From the NCBI GenBank assembly GCA_000092065.1, contig CP000600.1: a stretch of DNA of 64,000 nt; one strand, 5' to 3'. The stretch's first letter is position 1, and each line of letters starts with the position of its first letter. This DNA is from Ostreococcus lucimarinus. Its lineage: Eukaryota. Of this stretch, positions 35,722-46,574 are shown in pieces. The notes beneath the pieces are model-generated. The model searched no databases. It was given only the letters and a program-made list of their open reading frames with translations, and was not told the origin of the DNA. The translations under genes and the position numbers were made by a program.

Positions 35722-36774
35722 ATGTCGCGCTCGCTCGCGACGCGCGAAGTGACGCGCGCCATCGCGCTCGCCCGCGCGTGCGCGCGCGACGCCCGCGCGC
35801 GCGTGAAAATTGCCGGCGGCGCGCGCGCTTCGGGACAAAAGTGCACTTTTTCTCGCCTCGGAAAACACCGGCTCGCGCCCGCGTCGACCGTCGCCGCGCG
35901 CGGCGGCGCGACGCGCGCGACGAACGATGATCTCGCGCGCCTGCACGCGCCGTCTCTTCACCGGTTCTACGTGGACGCGGACTTTGCGCGCGGCGCCGCG
36001 GTGACGCTCTCGCGCGAGGAGACGCGACACGCCACCAAGGCGCTTCGGTTGAAACCGGGCGATCGTTTGGAAGTGTGCGACGGTCGAGGGACGCTCGGCA
36101 TCGCGAGGCTGTGCGCCGTGGACGGCGTGGGGGCGACGGTGGAGGTGGAGGAGATGGTGGCGGACGCGCTCGGGAGCGGGACGGCTTGGGACGTCGCGAG
36201 CGCGTTCGGCGGATTAAAGGGCGGACGAGGGGACTGGTTGGTCGAAAAGTGCGCGGAACTCGGCGCGCGCACGCTCGTACCGTTGTTGACGACGCGATCG
36301 GGGGCGATCGGGGGTGGGGATAGGGACGGGGATAAGAAGCGGTCGGGGAATCGACGCGCGAGCGGCGGCGACGACGACGGCTCGACGGCGAGCGGGCGCG
36401 AGGGTCGGTGGGGGCGCGTCGCGCACGCGGCGAGTAAACAAAGCTTGCGCGTGTACGGCTTACAGGTTGCGCCGCCGATCGGTGTCGAGGCGCTTTGCGA
36501 AGAAATCGCGAAAGATTGTGGCGAGCGGTTGACGTTGCTCGCGGCGGCGGGCGCGCCGCCCATCGCCGACGTCGCGCGCGCTTCGGGACTAGACTTGCGC
36601 TCGGGACGGATCGTCATCGGGCCCGAGGGAGATTTTACGGACGAAGAGTTGAAGGCGATGATCGCGGCGGGCGCACGGCCGGTTGGTTTAGGGTCGTTGC
36701 GTTTACGCGTGGAGACGGCGGCAATTTCCGCGCTCGCCGCCGTGTCGGCGCTCGCAGAGGAAAAAGGTGCGTGA
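35722..36774 (+). CDS. rsmE: 16S rRNA (m3U1498) methyltransferase RsmE, organellar-type with an N-terminal extension.
   Basis: 'RFYVDADFARGAAVTLSREETRHATKALRLKPGDRLEVCDGRG' (PUA-like N-domain) and 'IVIGPEGDFTDEEL...GARPVGLGSLRLRVETAAISALA' (SPOUT C-domain) match RsmE (PF04452). Confidence 0.8.
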   Translation: MSRSLATREVTRAIALARACARDARARVKIAGGARASGQKCTFSRLGKHRLAPASTVAARGGATRATNDDLARLHAPSLHRFYVDADFARGAAVTLSREETRHATKALRLKPGDRLEVCDGRGTLGIARLCAVDGVGATVEVEEMVADALGSGTAWDVASAFGGLKGGRGDWLVEKCAELGARTLVPLLTTRSGAIGGGDRDGDKKRSGNRRASGGDDDGSTASGREGRWGRVAHAASKQSLRVYGLQVAPPIGVEALCEEIAKDCGERLTLLAAAGAPPIADVARASGLDLRSGRIVIGPEGDFTDEELKAMIAAGARPVGLGSLRLRVETAAISALAAVSALAEEKGA

Positions 36775-36830
36775 AGCAGCTCTCGCTTGAATATAATATT
36801 GTACACTGGAGTTTCATTCTAAATCATCAT

Positions 36831-38905
36831 CTAATCGCACTTGATCGCTCGGTAAATGTGACGCACGAAGAGCAGGCTCGCCTTGTGCCCGACGGTGCCG
36901 AGCAACAAAAACCAACCGTAACAAATAATGGCCATGTATCCGAAGTAGTACGTGCTCTGCAAAAAGCCCGTCATGTCGCTTCGCAAATGATAATAATAGA
37001 ACGCGTAACCGAAGATCGCGATCGCGGTACTGCCACCGCACAGCACCGAACGCCACCACCATTCGTGGTCTTCCGCGGTGAGCTGAAAGTACGTCAGCGA
37101 AATCGTCATAAACGCCGTGACGAGGATGAGAATGACGAAGACGACGAAGAGTACGCTATAAATCGTGTACACCTTGTGTCCCCAAACCGAAGCGAAAATG
37201 TAGAACAACTCGATGTAAATAGCGCTGAATGGCAAGAAGCTCGCGATGCACATCTGCGGAATCGTCGCGCGGTACCATGGCAGCGCTGGGATGTCGCGCG
37301 GATACTTCGTTGTTCGCACCGGCGCGTTGAACTCTGCCTTGGCGTTTTTACCGGCTATGCCTCCGACGATGGTGAGAGGAATGGTGACGATGGCCCAAAG
37401 CAAGACGATGAGTACGATGGTACCGAAAGGTAACGCCGCCGTGCTCCTGTACGCGATGGCGACGGTGTTCAAAAACGAGAACAACACGCCGAGCGGGCCG
37501 CAAAACAAGACGCACGTCAACAGCACGTTTCGCACCCAGTTTTCACCACCCATTTGTCTGTACGTATTCGCCGAGACGTAGCCTGCGATGCCTGCGGTGA
37601 GCGAGTACATGATCAAACATGCCGCGGTGACTGCACCCATGCTGTACGGGTAAAACGCGCCAACGAGGGCCAACATGAAGACGAAGATGACGAGAAAGAA
37701 GAGTTGCGTTCCAGTGCCTATTATGGCGGCGAACAGCGACCTGCCCCGCGGGAATCGGAACACATCGCCGTGCACATACTTCCAACCGGACTCTTCTTGA
37801 GACTCCAACATTTCTTCGTCTCGCGCAAACTTGACAAAGTCATTCTTCAACACTCTCAACAAAATTGACGCTAAGAAGCCCATCATCAAAATAACCGTCA
37901 CGCACGAGTTGATGATGCTAAACCAATGAATCTCCAGGTGCTCGGGTAAGAAAGAATACCGCGAGTACTTATCCATTCTATCCTTAAACGCCGTCGTCGT
38001 CGGTTTCCAATGCACGCTATAAGAAAACCGCATCGACATCGCCTCGTCCGCCGTGATATCTACCGTCTTCAATGGATCCGTACTCAAGTTGATCTCAATC
38101 ACTCGATCTTCGTTGTACGAAATCTCAAAGTGCACGTGCGTGAACAAGAAATACCTGTTCTCTGCCGCCGCCCCCCCGCGCATGATCTTCTCCACTTTCC
38201 CGATGAAGCCCCAAATCGGCAAGTCGTCGAACGACATTTGAAAGTAGTAGTCATTCTTCACCGCCCGGCGAAACTTCTCCACCTCTTTCCGCTCTAAAAA
38301 CTGCGTGCACAAGTCCACATTCTCCTTATCGATGCCAAATTCTATCTCATAAGGAGACTTGGCGAGCCTATCCCCACCCAGTACTTCACCCAAATCCGTT
38401 CGCTCGCGCTTGACGCCTTCGGGCGAGCGACAAAACGGGAAATCGTAATACTGATATGTCTGCGCGAACGAGCCGGGCGCGACGAGCGAATTCGAGTCAG
38501 TCTTAACGTTCGCATCCGCATCTCCCTCGACGCGCGTTCGCGCGCATTCACAAGACATTTCGACCGCGTCGTCGCGTTTGGATTAATCAATTCGCCGCGC
38601 GCGCGCGTTCGATTTTTCCACTACGACGTCGACGCGCGAAACCGCGCACGCACCTCACTCGGATTGTGAAAAGGTCCAACCTTGTTCGCGAACAGCGCGA
38701 TGTCGTCGCCGCGATCGTATTTCGAGCCCGCGAGGAGCGAACGACCGATGGAGTTCGAAGTCGATCCTCGTTGAAGATCTTCCGCGCGCGCGCTCGACGC
38801 GCGCGTACACAGCACCGCACACGACGCGAGCACCACACACGACTCGAGGAACGCGCGTTTACGCGTTGGACGCGCGCGGGGGCGAGTTCGCGCGGTCATG
38901 ACCAC
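36831..38905 (-). CDS. TM9SF: Transmembrane 9 superfamily (nonaspanin, TM9SF) protein; two exons, join(38905..38654, 38459..36831).
   Basis: Exon 1 (ORF 38621..38905) supplies the signal peptide 'RKRAFLESCVVLASCAVLCTRASSARA' and 'YDRGDDIALFANKVGPFHNPSE'. A minus-strand GTGCGT donor, 'agactgac' branch point and gcgcag acceptor follow. Exon 2 continues 'TYQYYDFPFC', which together with exon 1 forms the conserved 'VNKVGPxxNPxETYxYYxLPFC' block. Nine C-terminal TM helices. Spliced length 627 aa. Confidence 0.85.
38460..38653 (-). other. TM9SF intron (194 nt).
   Basis: GTGCGT donor, CTGAC branch point 36 nt upstream of the CAG acceptor, phase 0. Confidence 0.75.
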
Positions 38906-39010
38906 CGCTCGCGCGTGGGTGTGTGCGGCGCGGCGCGGCGAGCGCGGCGGTTGGACCGCGAGCGGTTTCTCGTTTCGTTCATTTCACGGCGTCGGTTTAT
39001 CTAAGGTTAG

Positions 39011-41026
39011 CTAGACGATTCGCTGGACGCTACCAAATTGTCCGCGAGCTTTTGCAAGCGCGGCAGTGTACGCCTCGTTCGCCGTCTTCCAATCGCTCTT
39101 GTACTTGGCTTTGCGTTCTGGATCGAGCGAGGCCCACCGCTCGCCGAGCGCCTTGCCGACTTCGCGGAAGTTAAAGGTTGGATTTTCCGCCTTGACTGAC
39201 GGGCGTTCGTCCGTCGCGAACGCTAAGAAGGCAGTGAGCGGCTTTTTCATTCCTGGAACTTCCACCTTGGGTTCCGGCGCCTTCTTTGCCTTTGGATCTT
39301 TAGCTTCCTTCTTCGCCTCTGGCTCCTTCGAGCATCGATCTGCACACCGCTGTGAGGCAGTGCTGAGATCTCGCGCCGCCGAGAGCGCTTCGCTGAGATC
39401 GTGCGCCAAGTCGACTTTGATTTTTTCAACCAAGTTTTCGACCGATTTGTCCGTCAACTCGCGGCTTTCCTTGAGCGTACGATTTTCGGTTTCGAGAAGC
39501 TTGACGTTGAGACGCTCTTGTAGAAGTTTCTTTTTCGTGGCTTCGAGTTGCTTCAATGTCTCAACTCTGAACGTCTCATTCGTTGCTCGGGCTGCGATGA
39601 AAGCGGCGCGGTATCGAGTCGCCTCTAGTTGGAATGCTTTAGGACATCCAGTATTCGGTTCAGAGTTGCGCTTTTCCGACCGTAAACTACACTGTTCGAT
39701 GTCTTCATTGGCGTCGCGGAGCTTGTTCATCAACACGGCAATCGTTTCATCCTTCGCGCTCAAACACTTGTTTCGTAGAGCGAGCTCAGTCGTAGATGCC
39801 TGGAGTTCACTTTGCGTGCGCTCTAATGCCATCTTTAGCGACGGGATTTCTCTCATTTTCCGCGCCGCATCGACTCTAAACTCCTCCACTTCCCTCCTGA
39901 GTTGCTCGGACGTGGATTTGAGTGACTTGGACATTTCAGAAATTGATTTGTTCTCCACAGTCAAGCGCTTCACCTCGTCTCGCAGCTCGGCGTCTGAGCA
40001 CGATGCGAGCTCCTTTTGCAACTCGGCGATTTTCGACTTCAGTTGCACATTTTCAGTCTCGGCAGAGGAGAGTAACTCCACATCGTAGTTGAGCTTTTCA
40101 TTCTCGCCTTCTAAAGACGTCTTCTCCGCATCCAATTTTTCATATCGTTCGAGTGCGTCAACCAAATGACGTTGCAACGAGTCGCAACGTCGTTTCAACT
40201 CGTCGCGGTCGGTTAAAAACGATTTTTTCTCTTCATTAAGCACCACGCACGCGCCATTGTGCGAATGCACGTTCTCCGTCTCCGCTTGAATACGATTGTA
40301 ATCCTCGCGCAGGCGCTCCACGTTTTTCCGCAGGGCTGAGATTTGCGCCTCGTACTCGCGCTCTTCGCCATTCGCACGCATCTTCGCGATCGCCTCGGTC
40401 TCCTCTCGCGCAGCTTTCTCCTTGCGAATTTCCGCGCGTAACTGCTGATTGACCGTGCGCAGATGCGCAATCTCTGACGCCCGCGCGTCGGACTCTTTTC
40501 GAATCGCCTCGATACGAGATGGAAGCGCCTGAAAGTCTTCGCGAGAAAAGGCGGTGGGCTCGGATTCGAACGGTGGCGGCAGCGGCGGCGGCGGCGGCGG
40601 CGAAACACCCCGCGGCGTCTCAAGAGCCTCCACATTCACCATCTGCTCCGTCCTAGCTTTCTTCGATCGCGACGCCGTATCGACGTTCTCGACGAGACCA
40701 GTCTCCTTCGACGTCGTCCGATGCGTCGCCGACGTCTCGCCCTCGACTCCTCCGCGCGATCGCGCGTTAATATTTGGTGACGGGTACCCGCGCGTCGACG
40801 CCGCCGCGGCGACGCGCGTGACGTCGCCCCTCCCATGCGGACTCGCGTCGTCGCGCCGAGGCCGAGGCCGCGGCGCGGCGCTCTGCTTCTGTGTCTGTGC
40901 GTCTCGTTCCGCTCGTTTCGTCGTCGTGAGGGCAGGCGCTTCGCACCGGTCGCACGGGTCAGTGGGTTTACGCGTCGGCGCGATGAACAGCCCCCAACGC
41001 GCGGGCTTTGACTTTTTACGCGGCAT
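39011..41026 (-). CDS. Long coiled-coil protein with a C-terminal HMG box.
   Basis: C-terminal 'KKPLTAFLAFATDERPSVKAENPTFNFREVGKALGERWASLDPERKAKYKSDWKTANEAYTAALAK' is a canonical HMG-box. About 400 aa of heptad-repeat coiled coil. Poly-Pro 'PPPPPPLPPPF'. The start may instead be the internal M 'MVNVEALETP'. Confidence 0.65.
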   Translation of the reverse strand: MPRKKSKPARWGLFIAPTRKPTDPCDRCEAPALTTTKRAERDAQTQKQSAAPRPRPRRDDASPHGRGDVTRVAAAASTRGYPSPNINARSRGGVEGETSATHRTTSKETGLVENVDTASRSKKARTEQMVNVEALETPRGVSPPPPPPLPPPFESEPTAFSREDFQALPSRIEAIRKESDARASEIAHLRTVNQQLRAEIRKEKAAREETEAIAKMRANGEEREYEAQISALRKNVERLREDYNRIQAETENVHSHNGACVVLNEEKKSFLTDRDELKRRCDSLQRHLVDALERYEKLDAEKTSLEGENEKLNYDVELLSSAETENVQLKSKIAELQKELASCSDAELRDEVKRLTVENKSISEMSKSLKSTSEQLRREVEEFRVDAARKMREIPSLKMALERTQSELQASTTELALRNKCLSAKDETIAVLMNKLRDANEDIEQCSLRSEKRNSEPNTGCPKAFQLEATRYRAAFIAARATNETFRVETLKQLEATKKKLLQERLNVKLLETENRTLKESRELTDKSVENLVEKIKVDLAHDLSEALSAARDLSTASQRCADRCSKEPEAKKEAKDPKAKKAPEPKVEVPGMKKPLTAFLAFATDERPSVKAENPTFNFREVGKALGERWASLDPERKAKYKSDWKTANEAYTAALAKARGQFGSVQRIV

Positions 41027-41079
41027 GGTTTGAAGTGCGGTTTGACCGCGACGCGACTGCGACTGCGACGCGCGCGCGT

Positions 41080-41985
41080 TTACAAGCCGAGTTCTATGGC
41101 TAAGGCGGTCTTGACTTTTTTCACCGCCTTCGCGGGCGGCGCGTTCGTTAACGCGGTCGGCGGCGGCGCGGGCGCGGACTTCTTCGCGTCGTCGTCGTCG
41201 TCGTCGTCGCTCTCGGTGAGTTTAATTTTCGCCGTGCGCTGGGTGTGCAAGGTGTCCTTGGTCAACGGCGGCGGCGCGAAAAATCCAAACGTCGCCGCTT
41301 TCGCCGGTTCCGCGCTCGTCGACGGCGCCGCGGTGGGAAACGAAAATAACCCCGCCGGTTTCGTCTTCTCAGCCTTCGCCTCGCGCGCGTCGTCGTCGTC
41401 ATCCGCCTCGACGGGCGCGCCGCTCAGCCGCGAAAACACGCTCGATCGACCGGCGTCCGCGTCCTCCCTCTTCGCCCCACCCGTGAGCGCCGCGAACCCT
41501 GCGAACGCGTTCGACGTCGTCTTACCACCGTCCCCGGTTCCACCCAACGGCGATTGTCCCGGTCGCTTCGCCTTGACCACCTTTCGCCTCCCGCCCGACG
41601 AGCTCGCCGGCGACTCGCTCGCCTCCCCCGGCTTCCTCCTCGCCACGTACTCCCGCCCCTGATCCTCGAACGCCCGTCGCTCCCGCTCCCGATCCTTCGC
41701 CTCTTCGATCTCTCGCTTCGCCCGCTGCGCCTCCACCTGCGCTTTCGCCTGTTCGATCATCGCGTTCACGTCGTCCGACGGCGTCGCCGCGCTCGCCGCG
41801 AACGGATTCGCGCCCTCGGGCGCCGGCGGCGCCTTCGCCGCGCGTCCGAAGTAATTCCCCGTCGCCTCGTCGACGTCCGCGTCTTCCTCGTCGTCGTCCT
41901 CTTCGTCGCGCGCGTCGTCGCGCGCGTCGTCGACCTGCGCGTTCAAACCGACGCCGTCAGTCCAATCGCGCATCGCATCGCGCAT
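41080..41985 (-). CDS. Hypothetical disordered protein with acidic tracts and FG-like motifs.
   Basis: 301-aa ORF with poly-D tracts and F-G motifs ('GLFSFP', 'TFGFFAPPP', 'NAFAGFAAL'). Composition is less artefact-like than the overlapping + strand ORF. No family assignment. Confidence 0.3.
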   Translation of the reverse strand: MRDAMRDWTDGVGLNAQVDDARDDARDEEDDDEEDADVDEATGNYFGRAAKAPPAPEGANPFAASAATPSDDVNAMIEQAKAQVEAQRAKREIEEAKDRERERRAFEDQGREYVARRKPGEASESPASSSGGRRKVVKAKRPGQSPLGGTGDGGKTTSNAFAGFAALTGGAKREDADAGRSSVFSRLSGAPVEADDDDDAREAKAEKTKPAGLFSFPTAAPSTSAEPAKAATFGFFAPPPLTKDTLHTQRTAKIKLTESDDDDDDDAKKSAPAPPPTALTNAPPAKAVKKVKTALAIELGL

Positions 41986-42157
41986 CGTCCGCGTGCGTCG
42001 TCTCGAAGCGCGCGTTCGCGCCCGCGCGCCGCGATCGCGCGCACCTCATCCTCCGTCGCGCGCGCGTCCTCGCCGTCGCTCTCGTTCGACATCGCGCGCG
42101 CCGCGATCTGCGGCGAACGCGTCGCGATCGATGCGTCATTCGACGACGCGCGAATCC

Positions 42158-44995
42158 ATGTCGAACCAAGCGTCGCGCGCGCTTCGCGCGCCGGTGGCGC
42201 CGTTCGGCGACGCGCCCGCGCCCGCGGGTTACGTCCCGGGACTCGGTCGCGGCGCCGCGGGGTTCACGACGCGGAGCGACATCGGGCCGGGACAGGTCGC
42301 GGCGGCGGGGGACAAGGTGCGGGAACGAAACGACGACGACGACGCGACGACGCGACGACGCGACGACGCGACGGAGGCGCGATGCGATGGACGCGCGCGC
42401 GGATGATGCCGGCGAACGACTGACGAGGACGGCGCGCGCGAGTAGGAGCGAGACGAGGACGGCGGGAGAAGCGGCGACGGCGGCGAAGACGGATTGTTCG
42501 GCCGGGACGCGTCGACGTACGACGACGACGACGCGGAGGCGGATGAGATATGGGCGCAGATCGATGAGAGGATGGACTCGAGGCGGAGGGACGCGCGAGA
42601 GCGGCGGGAGAGGGAACAGATGGAAAAGTTTAGGGATGAGAATCCGAAAATCGTGGAGACGTTTCGCGACTTGAAGCGCGGGCTGAAGGACGTGTCGTAC
42701 GCGGAGTGGGACGCGATTCCGGATATCGGGGACTACACGATCAAGAAGAAAAAACTGAACGTGGGGTTCATGCCCGCGCCCGATACGCTGCTGGCCAAGG
42801 CGTTGGCGGAGAAGGAGACGGTGAACACGGCGGCGGACGCGGGCGGCGAGCAAGACTTGACGGCGGTGGGCGAAGGTCGAGGGACGGTTTTGGGGTTGAA
42901 GCTCGACCGATTAAGCGATAGCGTCACGGGTCAAACGACGATCGATCCGAAGGGGTACTTGACCGATTTAGGCTCGCAGAAGATCACGAGCGCGGCGGAG
43001 ATTTCTGACATTAAAAAGGCGCGTTTGCTGCTCAAGAGCGTCATCAACACCAACCCCAAGCACGGCCCGGGGTGGATTGCGGCGGCGCGTTTGGAGGAAC
43101 TCGCGGGTAAATTACAACAAGCGCGAGTGTTCATGCAAAAAGGGTGCGAGGAGTGTCCGAAGAACGAAGACGTGTGGATCGAGGCGGCGCGGTTGAACAC
43201 GCCGGAGAACGCCAAGGCAATTTTAGCGCGCGGCGTGCAAACGTTGCCGAATTCGGTGAAGATTTGGATGCAAGCGGCGCAATTAGAGATTGAAGATGAG
43301 CGTAAGCGGCGCGTGTTGCGGCGAGCGTTGGAGAACGTGCCGAATTCTGTGCGATTGTGGAAGGCGCTCGTGGACTTGAGCGCCGAGGACGACGCCAAGG
43401 TGTTGCTCGCGCGCGCGACGGAATGTTGTCCGCAGCACGTCGAACTTTGGCTCGCGCTGGCGCGTTTGGAGACCACTGAGAACGGTCGTAAGGTGCTGAA
43501 CAAGGCACGCGAAACATTACCGCGCGAGCCTCAGATTTGGATCACCGCGGCGAAGCTCGAGGAGGCGAATGGGAACGAAAAAATGGTGGAGAAAATCATC
43601 GCGCGCGCGGTCAAGTCGCTCAAATCGCACGGCGTCACCATCGATCGCGAGAGTTGGATCAAAGAAGCGGAAATCGCTGAAAAAGCCGAACCACCGTCGA
43701 TTGCGACGTGTCGGGCGATCGTCAAGGCGACCATAGGCGAAGGCGTGGAGGAAGAGGACAAAAAACGCACTTGGAAGGCGGACGCGGAGGAGTGTATGAA
43801 GCGCGAGAGCGCCGAGACCGCGCGCGCGATTTATGCGCACGCGCTAGATTCAGGATTTTCGCACAAGAAGGGTTTGTGGATGAAAGCGGCGATGTTGGAA
43901 AAGCGATTCGGTACGCCTGATTCCGTCGACGCCGTCTTGCGCAAGGCGGTGACTTTTTGCCCCAACGCTGAAATCTTGTGGCTCATGGGCGCGAAAGAGC
44001 GCTGGCTCAGCGGCGACGTCACGCGAGCGCGCGAGATTTTACAATCAGCCTTCGACGCCAACCCGGACTCGGAAGAGATTTGGCTCGCGGCTTTCAAATT
44101 GGAGTTTGAAAACGGCGAAATTGATCGCGCGCGCATGTTGCTCGCCAAGGCGCGAGAACGTTTGGCCGACTGTGCGCGGGTTTGGATGAAATCTGCGCTT
44201 GTCGAGCGCGAGGCGGGTGATGAACAAGCCGAACGCAAGCTTCTCGATGAAGGCATCGAAAAGTTTCCGACGTTTTGGAAACTTTGGATGCAACTCGGGC
44301 AACTTGAACAGCGCGCCGGGGAGAAGCGCGCCGAGCAAGTCCGACACGCGTACACGCAAGGCACGAAGAAGTGCCCGAACGCGATTCCGTTATGGATTGC
44401 GCTTTCAAGTTTTGAGATGCGCAGTGGGAACGCGTCCAAGGCGAGAATCATTCTCGAAACCGCGCGCGCGAAGAATCCCTCCAACGAACACTTGTGGCTC
44501 GCCGCCGTACGTCAAGAGCGCGAGAGCGGAAACATCCAGCTCGCCGAGAGCACGATCGCGCGTGCACTGCAAGAGTGCCCAACGAGCGGTTTGCTCCTTG
44601 CCGAGTCCGTGCGATTTGCGCCTCGCCCGCAAAGGAAATCGAAATCTGTCGACGCGTTGCGGCGGTGCGACAACGATCCGTACATCATCGCCGCCATCGC
44701 CATTTTGTTCTGGGCCGACCGCAAACTCGACAAAGCCCGAAGCTGGTGGAACCGCGCGGTGACAATAGCACCCGACATTGGTGACCACTGGGCGTCGTAT
44801 TACAAATTCGAACTCCAAACCGCGGGCGAGCAAGCCGCCCAAGCCGTCGCCGAGCGTTGCGCGCGGGCCGCTCCTCGCCACGGCGAGAATTGGAGCGCGA
44901 TGCGCAAGCGCGTGGAGAACTGGCACGATCCCGTGATTGAAATTTTGAAAAAAGTTGCCGCCGGGCAAGACGAAATGGCGTACGCGACGAAATAG
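42158..44995 (+). CDS. PRP6: Pre-mRNA-processing factor 6 (PRP6/PRPF6, U5 snRNP, HAT/TPR repeats); two exons, approximately join(42158..42316, 42446..44995).
   Basis: Exon 1 '[26 protein letters not shown]' matches human PRPF6 '[26 protein letters not shown]'. Two in-frame stops (42404, 42443) are removed by an intron with donor GTGCGG at 42317, branch 'cgactgac' and an in-frame acceptor at 42445 (42448 or 42457 are also possible). Exon 2 '...[32 protein letters not shown]' matches '[30 protein letters not shown]'. The full ~830-aa HAT-repeat body aligns, for example '[10 protein letters not shown]', 'SVRLWKA', 'ARAIYAHAL' and the C-terminal 'RHGENW'. Confidence 0.85.
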
Positions 44996-45078
44996 TATCT
45001 TAGCTTGTAATAAGTCGCCACCTTAGCGTCCCGAACCTCCCGCGCGTCGGCACAACGCCACTCCGCACGCGGCGCCTC

Positions 45079-45636
45079 ATGGCGCCCTCTCCCGCGAGCG
45101 CGTTCGATCCCACGAAGCTCGACGTGTTCTTCGAACAATACGTCGATGAAGACACGCAGCTCCCGCTCATCGCGAGCATAATCGATCGAGAACTCAGCGA
45201 ACCTTACTCCATCTTCACCTACCGGTACTTCTTGAACAACTGGCCCGAGCTGTGCTTCATGGCGATCGATTCGTCCTCGCGCGAGTGCGTGGGTGTCATC
45301 GTGTGTAAGCTCGAGAAGCACCGGGAGATGATGCGGGGGTACGTGGGGATGCTGGTGGTGGATAAGCGCGCGCGCAAATTGAAGCTCGGGAGCGAGCTCG
45401 TGTCGCGCGCGCTGGCCGTGATGCAAGAAAGAGGCGCGGATGAGTGCGTGTTAGAGGCAGAGACGACGAACGAGGGGGCGCTGCGGTTGTATCAATCATT
45501 AGGATTCATCAGGGATAAGGCGTTGTCGAGGTACTACTTGAGCGGGCGCGACGCGTATCGCCTCAAGCTGTTATTCCCGCTGCCACCCGCGGACGAGGTG
45601 GACGAGGCGAGCGGCGCGCCGAGCGACGCGAACTAG
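45079..45636 (+). CDS. NAA30: N-alpha-acetyltransferase 30 (NatC catalytic subunit, MAK3-like GNAT).
   Basis: 'YSIFTYRYFLNNWPELCFMA', 'YVGMLVVDKRARKLKLGSELV' (acetyl-CoA binding Q/RxxGxG/A) and 'VLEAETTNEGALRLYQSLGF' match the MAK3/NAA30 family. Confidence 0.8.
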   Translation: MAPSPASAFDPTKLDVFFEQYVDEDTQLPLIASIIDRELSEPYSIFTYRYFLNNWPELCFMAIDSSSRECVGVIVCKLEKHREMMRGYVGMLVVDKRARKLKLGSELVSRALAVMQERGADECVLEAETTNEGALRLYQSLGFIRDKALSRYYLSGRDAYRLKLLFPLPPADEVDEASGAPSDAN

Positions 45637-45787
45637 CGAATTAGCGATGTAATCTAGCTTTATTTTAGCGTCACGGCGATTTGTGAATGGTGTGGAGTGT
45701 ACTACATCGTACGACGAGCATCTAATATCGCTAAGGGTTTTCGGCTTTGCCGGGCGGCGAATACGCCGCTCGACGTCTCGCAGAAAA

Positions 45788-46222
45788 TTAACGACGGCCA
45801 CGTCCAGTGGTCTTCGTGTGTTGCCCTCTGACACGAATACCCCAGTAGTGTCGGAGACCTCTGTGGTTACGCATCTTCTTCAAGCGTTCCAAATCGTCGC
45901 GCAACTTCGTGTCGAGTTGGTTCGACACCAGCTGCGAAAACTTGCCATCCTTGAAGTCGTGCTTGCGGTTCAAGAACCAATCCGGAATCCTGAACTGTCG
46001 CGGGTTAGACACGATCACCATCAACGATTCCAACTCAGCCGCGCTCAGCTCACCGGCGCGCTTCCCGAGATCAATCTCAGCCTTTTTGCACACCAAGTTG
46101 GAAAATCGGCGGCCGATACCCTTGATCTTCGTCAACGAGTACATCACCTTCTCGCGACCGTCCACGTTGGTGTTCAGGACGCGAATGATGTGTTGAAAAT
46201 CATCTCCAACGATGAGAGACAT
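45788..46222 (-). CDS. RPS18: Cytosolic 40S ribosomal protein S18 (uS13).
   Basis: Near-identical to eukaryotic RPS18 throughout: '[17 protein letters not shown]', '[31 protein letters not shown]', '[22 protein letters not shown]', '[31 protein letters not shown]'. Ends '...TTGRGRR', like yeast RPS18. Confidence 0.9.
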   Translation of the reverse strand: MSLIVGDDFQHIIRVLNTNVDGREKVMYSLTKIKGIGRRFSNLVCKKAEIDLGKRAGELSAAELESLMVIVSNPRQFRIPDWFLNRKHDFKDGKFSQLVSNQLDTKLRDDLERLKKMRNHRGLRHYWGIRVRGQHTKTTGRGRR

Positions 46223-46574
46223 GTCGTGCGGCGTTTACGGCGTCCAAGCGCGCGAAACGGAGGTTACGTTCGACGATGGATGGATCGACGAAAGATGCGA
46301 CGATCGGTTGTGCGATCGACGTATGTGCGCGCGACACGGATCGACCGAGCGTGCGTTCGAGCGGTGCGTGGGACGAAAGGAAAACTTTCTTGCGTTCGCG
46401 TGCGCGTGCGGGCGCGACGTGCGTCGGCGCGTCGGGAAAAGACGGACGCGAGCACACGTGTTAGGGCTTTTGAGGGCAGCGGCGCGCGCGCGAGGTCGGC
46501 GTCGATGACGGGGAGTCGCTCGTATTTAAGGGGTCGCGTTGAATCACAACTCAAAGAATTTTAGGAGAAATGGC

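Noticed and set aside
41030-41662. Plus-strand 210-aa ORF overlapping the minus-strand FG-like ORF.
   Set aside because: A/S/G/P-rich low complexity ('[12 protein letters not shown]', '[17 protein letters not shown]'). The minus-strand reading has more balanced composition with charged tracts. Neither has homology support, so I kept only the minus-strand one, at low confidence.
45788-46222. Possible C-terminal truncation or pseudogenisation of RPS18 (it ends '...TTGRGRR' and lacks the metazoan/plant 'KTVGVSKK' tail).
   Set aside because: Yeast RPS18 ends at the equivalent position ('...TTGRRRA'). The rest of the protein is intact and highly conserved. No frameshift is evident.
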